Shown here in pieces: positions 57,150 through 64,000 of a stretch of 64,000 bases of DNA (its first letter is position 1; every line of letters begins with the position of its first letter). A program made the translations under genes and the position numbers. Origin of the DNA: an uncultured Planctomycetales bacterium. GTDB lineage: Bacteria; Omnitrophota; Gorgyraeia; Gygaellales; Profunditerraquicolaceae. Location: the NCBI GenBank assembly GCA_964545575.1, contig CAZJFL010000001.1, positions 69,878-133,877 on the forward strand, read 5' to 3'. A model generated the notes under the pieces. That model searched no databases. It was not told the origin of the DNA and saw only the letters and a program-made list of their open reading frames with translations.

Positions 57150-58487
57150 TTACTCCTTTCTTATTGACATCTGTTTCCGCTTGCGCGCCAATTCCCGCTC
57201 TTTAACCGCTTGAGTTTCGGCCGCTACCTGAACAGGCGTTTTCTCACCCAAGATGATCGACTGGATCCCCTTACTCCAAGTCTCGATCACCATTGAAAAC
57301 TCCGATACGTCCCAGGCATTAGGATGGGTCACGTAATCCATTCCTCGAGCGAACAGCGCATTGATCTTGAGGCTGCTTGCCGCGCTCTGCTTGTTCGCCG
57401 GCAGGTTGTTAGTAGCACTAGACAGATAGGACTGCTGTTCCTCATCGCTAAACCAGCGCAAGAATTTTACCGCCTCTTCTTTAAATTTTCCGCGGGCATT
57501 GACCATAAAAGACGAGCCAGCCCCGCCCCAGATACTCATCGGATAGACTTCGGACGCCTTTGGCGGCAGCATGGCCGCGTAATTCAACTGCGGGTTCATC
57601 CCTTTATACACGTTCACGCACCAAGAACCATTAAAAGCAAAGACTGCCTTACCATTGGCAAATAACTGCTCGGCGGTCTTATTGATCATCGTCACGACAC
57701 CGTTGGCTAAAACTCCCGCATCCTGCATTTCTTTAAAAAGGTTCAAAACCTTTATCCAGTCCGGGTCGGTATAAGGCACCTCGCCCCTGATCGTGGCTAA
57801 AACTTTGTCTTTACCCATAATATTAAAGGCGTAATTATTCGCAAGGCAATCTATCATCCAGGCTTCGCCCCACCCGGAAACCAAGCCCTGCTTATGGGCG
57901 GCTTTGATTTTTTTGCCTATTTCTAAAAACTCCTGAAAAGTTTGCGGCGGGCGGTCAGGGTCAAGCCCTAATTCCTTAAATAAATCCTTATTATAAAGCA
58001 TCTGGATAGTCATCACATCGATGGGCACGCCGTAAATTCCCGGCTTGACGCCATAGGTATTGCTGTCGGCGAATTCATTGACTGCCAGGGCTTTGCTGAA
58101 AAGCTCGTTTTTCCATTCACCCTGCGCTTCTTCCATATAGGGCGTTAAATCTAAAATATGGCCGGCTTTCACAAAAGAAGCGAAATCCCGTTTTTCGCCT
58201 AATATGCCAAAAATATCCGGCAGGTTTTCGCCTTGCGCCGCAGCGCGCACTTTCTGGGAATAGACATCTGAAGGCGCGTAGAGCTCAAAATTAACTTTTA
58301 TTGCGGTTTGGGCTTCATATTTTTTGGCCAGCTCCTGAAAGGCCGGGTCTCTGTCGGTCATCCAGTGCCAGACTGTAAGGGTGGCGGCTTTAGTCTGCGG
58401 TTTAGGGGCACAGCCAGAGACAATGAACAATGAACAATGAACAATGAACAATAACGAAAACATGAAAGCTATTTTACGGCTGGGCAT
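57150..58487 (-). CDS. Carbohydrate ABC substrate-binding lipoprotein
   Basis: Lipobox VSGC, LTVWHW, YNKDLF, FANGKAVF. Confidence 0.93.
   Translation of the reverse strand: MPSRKIAFMFSLLFIVHCSLFIVSGCAPKPQTKAATLTVWHWMTDRDPAFQELAKKYEAQTAIKVNFELYAPSDVYSQKVRAAAQGENLPDIFGILGEKRDFASFVKAGHILDLTPYMEEAQGEWKNELFSKALAVNEFADSNTYGVKPGIYGVPIDVMTIQMLYNKDLFKELGLDPDRPPQTFQEFLEIGKKIKAAHKQGLVSGWGEAWMIDCLANNYAFNIMGKDKVLATIRGEVPYTDPDWIKVLNLFKEMQDAGVLANGVVTMINKTAEQLFANGKAVFAFNGSWCVNVYKGMNPQLNYAAMLPPKASEVYPMSIWGGAGSSFMVNARGKFKEEAVKFLRWFSDEEQQSYLSSATNNLPANKQSAASSLKINALFARGMDYVTHPNAWDVSEFSMVIETWSKGIQSIILGEKTPVQVAAETQAVKERELARKRKQMSIRKE
58420..58454. repeat. Heptamer array (ACAATGA)x5 in a lipoprotein signal peptide
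   Basis: Encodes LLFIVHCSLFIV. Confidence 0.9.
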
Positions 58488-58593
58488 AAACCTTTTGCTC
58501 CCTTCCAGACATATTTATCTAGCGCTCCTTACCTATATATAATAGAGGTAAACACTAAAATTTAACATAATTTTAGATGCTGGTCAAGAAATT

Positions 58594-59289
58594 TTATCTT
58601 AAAGCCCTTGACAAGCCCAATAAATCCGCCCTTTCCAGATTAATTCCGCTGCGGTATTCATTGGCGCCTTGGGGCTTTGACCAGACTACCTCCCCCCGGG
58701 TGTAAAGCGGCTCATCCCTATCCGCTACTTTAAGCCATATCTCCAGACGAGCATTGGCTTTCAGTTCAGAGCTGCTCACTAAACCGATGCCCTTGGCGCT
58801 GATATCGGAAGTCTCTGCTTCTCCTTCGCGGCCGGTCTGCGCGTCCAGATACTTTACGGATAGCTTCGCCGTCATCCTCTGGAAAATCCTCCTGTCTTCC
58901 ATGGTTTCACCTCCTTCCTTTTCATCCATACCGTTCCACCACTGCCGGTGCATTTCTTTAGGGTAATGGTGGCGCATAAAGCGGTATATCTTCTCTTTAT
59001 CCTGATCGGATATCCTGGTAAAGTAAATGCCATAAATGTTATGGCCGTCTACTGGTTTGTGCCAGCCGATCCAGGCCTCCACGTGGATGATAAACGACTC
59101 GGATAAAATAATGCTTAACTTGAAAAAGGTATCCGCTGCCAGCCGCTGTGCCAGAGAAATCCTGGCGCCTTTAAAGTTTAAGTCATGGAGGGTACAGGGT
59201 ATCGCTGCTAAGGCTCCCTCCAGCTTTATTTGCGCGCGGTTATCAATTTTCCAACGGGGACATTTTCTTTTCTCGTCCATCGGTTTCAC
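58594..59289 (-). CDS. Tandem PilZ-domain (c-di-GMP-binding) protein
   Basis: RKCPR...DLNFKG and RIFQR...DISAKG. Confidence 0.88.
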   Translation of the reverse strand: MKPMDEKRKCPRWKIDNRAQIKLEGALAAIPCTLHDLNFKGARISLAQRLAADTFFKLSIILSESFIIHVEAWIGWHKPVDGHNIYGIYFTRISDQDKEKIYRFMRHHYPKEMHRQWWNGMDEKEGGETMEDRRIFQRMTAKLSVKYLDAQTGREGEAETSDISAKGIGLVSSSELKANARLEIWLKVADRDEPLYTRGEVVWSKPQGANEYRSGINLERADLLGLSRALR

Positions 59290-59340
59290 CTTGGCCCTTT
59301 CTTTTGATTTTAGAAACCGTTTTTATAATCTATCCGTCAT

Positions 59341-62300
59341 TTATCTGCCATATGTAAATCCCGCAATCTCTATTAATATTTGGCGCAAAATCCCTTCCCA
59401 AGGAATTAATGCAGCTACTCTAAATGGATTTTTTCCTTTATGCAAAGCGTCTTCTAGATTCCGTATAAAATTTTCCCTTTTTTGCGAATCGTCGATTCTT
59501 TCCCTTGCCACGCCTTTTATAATCCTTAAATACCGCTTCTTTTTCTGGGAGTTATAAGTTAGCCAATCGCTGATGATTCTTAATCCTATGCCCCATAGTT
59601 CCTCCCGGTATTTATGAATACTATCCGGATTTTCTCTTATCTCGGCAATAATTTTTTCTAATTTCTTATGTTGTAATTTTATAATGACCCCCGAAGCCAA
59701 TGCCCGCAGCTCATGATTAGTATGCCCTAAATAATAACTATTGAGTATATGGGAAAGGTAAGAAATATCGTCTACCTCATCAACGATTCCCGCTAAAATA
59801 TCGATTATTACCATATCTTTCTTAAATTTTTCAAAATCTACCGGCCGCAGAAAGCTTTCTAACTTACTGATAATATTTTTATCCGCCTTTCTTTGTACTA
59901 ACACCTTCTTTGCTTCCTGCCAAAGCGCCTCATTAGATCTGCTAAATGCCTCTTCCACATAGCGCAGATAATCTCCCGCTGTAAACAATAATCCTACTGT
60001 ATCACTTTCGATCTGATAAAAGAGGGGATGTAGCTGACATAATTTCTTATGCATTCTTCTTAAAGCAAGGCTGATCAGGGGTATCGTCTTATCTTGCTGC
60101 TGAGTTGTGAAAGAAGATATCTGCTTCATCATCTCTTCAATAATTCTTATCGCCTCTGTAATATTGGTTGTGATCACGGATATATTTCTGCCTTGGCCTA
60201 GATATATCTGGGGCCCTGCCTGTTTTCTTATCTCTTTAATCTTCTCTGATAATCTCTTTATTGCGATGAGGAATTCGTTCCTTTCCTCTTCATCCAACAT
60301 ATTTACTTTCTTTAACATGTTCCTTATTGAAGACTCTAAAATAATCTGTAATTTTCTTCTTGCCGAATTGCATTCGGTAATTATTTTTTTACCTAAGTCA
60401 GAGCTTTTTAAAGGCTGCTCAGCGGCAGCAAGCTCTAATAATTCAAGAAAACAATTTATCATTTCCGAAGTATGGAATAGCCTTAATGGGTGTTTTGCTA
60501 TTCTTGCCTTTAGCATGCGCGCCACAAAAACCCCTATTCTTCTTTCTTCATAATGTAATAAACCTAAACTTTTTCCGTAACCCCTTAAGCGCAGAAAACT
60601 GCCTACATAGTCAGCTAATTCTACCCGTTCCATCCCCCGTAAGATCTCTAATCCTTTCTGTGCCAGTCCAGCCATTCGGTCTGCGATAATGCCCAATTCT
60701 TCTTTAAGTCTTACCAGTGCCCGTGTTTTATGTTTTCTCTGATAACTCTTCAAAAGGGCTCTTAGGGAATGGCCGCCGAAGAACTCTATTTTTTCATCAA
60801 AATCCAGTATGGTTAAGGCGAAAGAATTTTTGCCTAACGCCTCAGTCAAGCATTCCAAAAACTTTTTCTTTACTGCCGCAGGTACTTCTGCCCATGATCT
60901 CATTTCGTCTCTTCGTACCCGCCCCAGCCAGAAGTTAAAATTATCCTCGGAAAATTTAAAGCCCAATTGCTTTTTTAACCGACTCAGGCCGTCGTTTTGG
61001 GTATCGTGTCTTTTTTGATAAGTCTCTAAAAGACGGATCAATGTTTTCCCGAGGCGGGGGATTTTTATCTTAAAATCTTTTAAAATTAGATCTTCCGGTT
61101 TCTTACCTACCTCTTCGGCTAACAGTTCCACGCAGAATATCTTTACGATGTCGGGAATCCTATCCCAAACAGTTCTTTCAGTCCTTATGTAGTATGCCCA
61201 AGCATCGAGATCCATTTCTTGGGTGAAGGTTTCGGGAAAAACTGAATGTAATAATGCCGGAAAAGAATAATCGAACAGCCGCCAAATCCCCAAAAGCCCT
61301 TCTTTCTCCAGCATCGCTCTGTTTACCTCCCTTAAAAGCGATTCTCTGTTTGTAATATCTAAATGCAGATGCTCAACGGCAACGTGCAATAACGCGGTCT
61401 TTGCTAATTCTTTATCCCAGCCTATGACGCGCGGCCCAAAATAACTAATGAACTCCCAAATATGCAGGTGCCCGCCTTCATCGGTTTTTAAATTAAATAG
61501 CCAGTAGTAATGTTCTTTCAGCATTTTATACAGCCCGCCCTTAAACGATAAAAGCATGCCGCTTAAATTCTGCTGCTGGAATAATTCCTCCCAGCCGCCT
61601 TTTTCTATGCCTTCTCTTTTAAATAGCTCTTGGAATTTTTGCGGATGCAGTAAGTCGCTAAAAGTATTCTTGGCCGGATCGTCAGGGTCGATGTTAATCA
61701 ATTTCAGATGCTTTTCAAAGAAATGCCTGACCGCCTTTTCTATCATCTGTTCATCCTGCCATATCCCTTTCTGCAAAATAAAATCCCAAGGATGCAGGTG
61801 CCCGCCCTCCGCTGTTTCCAAATCAAACGCCCATGGATAACAGGCGCGAAACGCTCCATAGAAACTCCCCCTGAATAAATTTCCCAACACGTCTCTGCCG
61901 ATTTCTTTTCTCAGAAGCTTTGACCAATCGCTGCTCTTAAGCTGTCCGGAAAACCGCTTCTGCGCCTCCCCTGTCATAAATTGGGAATTTCTGCCTTTTG
62001 CTAATTTAACTATATATTCGGGAAATAAGCGTAGGCCTATCTGTCTTAATCTTGCATCCATTTTTAAACCAAGGTGTCTTTCAAAGATATGCCTGAGATT
62101 TTTGATGGTTTTTTCTTCTTTTTCCTCGCTTTCTTTCAGGCGCACAAAATCTAAATAATGCAGGTGGAAGCCTTCCTTGGTGCTATAATCGAATGCCCAC
62201 GGATAGACCATTTCTACTGCCTCGGCGAAACTAAGGCGGTTTACCTTACCGTCGCTACGCCGCTCTCTGAATGCTAGCTTAAATTTAGCTAAAAGCTCAT

Positions 62301-64000
62301 CCAGATGCGCCACACCGGACCTGCGGCAAAGTAAATAGTGGTTTTGGTAAAAAAGGCGCCTATCTATCTTTTCACCCTGCTTCATCTCCAATTTCAGTTT
62401 TTCTTCAAAGAAATATTTTAACAATATAAGCCGATTTATCTTTCCTGCTTTGCCTACCAAGGTATTCATGGGAAACTTGGGGTTTTTGCTACGCAGCATT
62501 GTTTCATAATACTGACGAAGGGCAGGCCCGGCACATCTTATATACTCATCTGTCAATTTCTGTCTTTCTGCATCAGATTTACAAATACTCAATAAATATT
62601 CCAGCTCGGGGATTACTTCAAATAGATTACGGCCTCTGCCGCGCCAATGGACTATCTGCTTTTCCTTTTCTCTATCGATATATCGACGGTAAAATGGGCG
62701 GTACTCTGCCCCTACAAAAGTTTCCTTTATTTTTCTCTTTCCGAAAAACCTCATCACTAAATAAAATTCTATTTCATAAATATAAAAATAAACCCCGGCA
62801 GCGGTCAATAACCTGTCCCGGAAACCTTCATTTTTTAGGTAGCCAGCGATCTCCTTAGCCTGATATTTTCTGCTTAAAGCAACATCGAGAAACGGATCAA
62901 TGCCGTAATAAAGCCTGAACGCTATCATTTTTACAAATAACTCCGCATATTCTGTGGGGTTATCTTTCTTCATCTCTAACAACTCTTCCAATGCATCTAA
63001 AACCGATGCGGCATCTATGGAAAGCTCTTGCTTATTCCTTATCTGGAGGGACCCGATAAAATCTTCCCGTATCTTTTTTCGGCTGTTGCTTACCACTGAA
63101 TCCGTAACCAGCAGAAAACCAGCTAAAGCCAACTCACTTCCCGGGGGCCGCGGATGATGAAAGACAAATAATACTAAACTGAAGATAACCCAAACCGCCA
63201 GAATTACGATTAATAATCCAATCTGGGTGAAGCCTTTTGGCCCTTTCTTTAACTGTAATTTTGCGATTATCTCTAAAGCTAATTTCCTGATATCGGCATT
63301 CATATGCCCGATATAATATCTATTTAAGACATCTTTTAGTTTGGCGATATCTTGGGCATCGCTGCAAATCTCTGTCAGAATTTCAATAATCGCCATATCT
63401 TTAACGACGTATCTTTCTTCAAAAAACCCGGGGTCAAGTATGTGCATTAAACGCAGGATTAACTTCCTGTCCCCTTTTCTTAGCTTCAGTTCATTTTTAG
63501 CTGCTTCTATCAGTTTAATATTTCCCTGGCGTATAATCGAAAAGGGATCAAGACCGGCAAAACCCAATTTTACCTTAAGGTTATTTAACGCCTGCTTTAA
63601 ATTTTCATTCTTACCACGGTAACGCTGCAAAAGTCCAATCAAGCTCTGGTTTAAAGATAGTATCTGAGTTTTAAAATCCTCCGGATTTAAGCCCTCGGGT
63701 TTTTTCTTTAACTGCGTAGTTAACAATTCCACGCACCGGCGCTGCACAGAAAGAGGCACCTTGCTCCAGACAATATGCCGGCACCTCTTTAACTGCGGAA
63801 ACCAAACCGCCCAGTCCGCCTGGGAAAATAATTCATCGAATACGAAATTTAATAAAGCCGACGCAGAACAATCAAAGATTTCCCAGAGCTTAAAGACGCC
63901 TTCCTCTTTTAAGACCTCCCGGGTCATCCCTTCGGATAACGATTCTACGCTAAGCTCTAATTTCCGGTGTTTAAGCGCAATGTGCTTTACCGCCTCTTTT
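59341..64000 (-). CDS. C-terminal >1550 aa of a giant repeat-containing protein (5' end outside window)
   Basis: Frame stays open upstream of Met 63927 to the window edge (KEAVKHIALKHRKLELSVESLSEG); internal repeats. Confidence 0.85.
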   Translation of the reverse strand, partial: KEAVKHIALKHRKLELSVESLSEGMTREVLKEEGVFKLWEIFDCSASALLNFVFDELFSQADWAVWFPQLKRCRHIVWSKVPLSVQRRCVELLTTQLKKKPEGLNPEDFKTQILSLNQSLIGLLQRYRGKNENLKQALNNLKVKLGFAGLDPFSIIRQGNIKLIEAAKNELKLRKGDRKLILRLMHILDPGFFEERYVVKDMAIIEILTEICSDAQDIAKLKDVLNRYYIGHMNADIRKLALEIIAKLQLKKGPKGFTQIGLLIVILAVWVIFSLVLFVFHHPRPPGSELALAGFLLVTDSVVSNSRKKIREDFIGSLQIRNKQELSIDAASVLDALEELLEMKKDNPTEYAELFVKMIAFRLYYGIDPFLDVALSRKYQAKEIAGYLKNEGFRDRLLTAAGVYFYIYEIEFYLVMRFFGKRKIKETFVGAEYRPFYRRYIDREKEKQIVHWRGRGRNLFEVIPELEYLLSICKSDAERQKLTDEYIRCAGPALRQYYETMLRSKNPKFPMNTLVGKAGKINRLILLKYFFEEKLKLEMKQGEKIDRRLFYQNHYLLCRRSGVAHLDELLAKFKLAFRERRSDGKVNRLSFAEAVEMVYPWAFDYSTKEGFHLHYLDFVRLKESEEKEEKTIKNLRHIFERHLGLKMDARLRQIGLRLFPEYIVKLAKGRNSQFMTGEAQKRFSGQLKSSDWSKLLRKEIGRDVLGNLFRGSFYGAFRACYPWAFDLETAEGGHLHPWDFILQKGIWQDEQMIEKAVRHFFEKHLKLINIDPDDPAKNTFSDLLHPQKFQELFKREGIEKGGWEELFQQQNLSGMLLSFKGGLYKMLKEHYYWLFNLKTDEGGHLHIWEFISYFGPRVIGWDKELAKTALLHVAVEHLHLDITNRESLLREVNRAMLEKEGLLGIWRLFDYSFPALLHSVFPETFTQEMDLDAWAYYIRTERTVWDRIPDIVKIFCVELLAEEVGKKPEDLILKDFKIKIPRLGKTLIRLLETYQKRHDTQNDGLSRLKKQLGFKFSEDNFNFWLGRVRRDEMRSWAEVPAAVKKKFLECLTEALGKNSFALTILDFDEKIEFFGGHSLRALLKSYQRKHKTRALVRLKEELGIIADRMAGLAQKGLEILRGMERVELADYVGSFLRLRGYGKSLGLLHYEERRIGVFVARMLKARIAKHPLRLFHTSEMINCFLELLELAAAEQPLKSSDLGKKIITECNSARRKLQIILESSIRNMLKKVNMLDEEERNEFLIAIKRLSEKIKEIRKQAGPQIYLGQGRNISVITTNITEAIRIIEEMMKQISSFTTQQQDKTIPLISLALRRMHKKLCQLHPLFYQIESDTVGLLFTAGDYLRYVEEAFSRSNEALWQEAKKVLVQRKADKNIISKLESFLRPVDFEKFKKDMVIIDILAGIVDEVDDISYLSHILNSYYLGHTNHELRALASGVIIKLQHKKLEKIIAEIRENPDSIHKYREELWGIGLRIISDWLTYNSQKKKRYLRIIKGVARERIDDSQKRENFIRNLEDALHKGKNPFRVAALIPWEGILRQILIEIAGFTYGR

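Noticed and set aside
63927-63927. Met 63927 as the start of the giant protein
   Set aside because: The frame is open to the window edge and the upstream residues continue an internal repeat.

Overview
A 64-kb, mostly core-genome segment of an anaerobic diderm bacterium. Gene content and the giant ORF suggest Ca. Omnitrophota/PVC, which is an inference. Every credible gene is on the minus strand. In transcription order (right to left) the window holds: (1) the 3' 4.6 kb of a giant repeat-rich protein and a tandem-PilZ gene; (2) a sugar/glucan locus (SBP, GPH symporter, two ABC permeases, two clan GH-A TIM-barrel proteins, a tandem CBM-like protein, ROK and LacI regulators) interrupted by a four-helix-bundle gene framed by inverted heptamer arrays; (3) class II RNR with NrdR boxes, apgM, mnmG, and a PiT/DUF47 phosphate unit; (4) TPP-riboswitch/thi4 and an Rrf2-led sulfur cluster (cysK, DUF39 plus NIL-ferredoxin homocysteine synthesis, nfuA, larE, iscSU); (5) birA, a TonB receptor, pabBC, mnmA and nadA; (6) a group 3b [NiFe]-hydrogenase operon; (7) archease-rtcB-serS followed by a tRNA cluster with all four tRNA-Ser isoacceptors, tadA, a CpaF-like ATPase and dnaX. 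The unexplained signals are mostly non-coding. Heptamer tandem arrays bracket the four-helix-bundle gene in inverted orientation and also sit in frame in signal peptides and mnmA. Small cargo islets (free-standing LAGLIDADG, radical SAM/SPASM) lie between an orphan tRNA 5' fragment and an intact tRNA. Covarying hairpin trailers pair with tRNA 3' ends. Several palindromic element families are present, one inserted in frame in nadA. Product calls come from motif recognition only; no searches were run.
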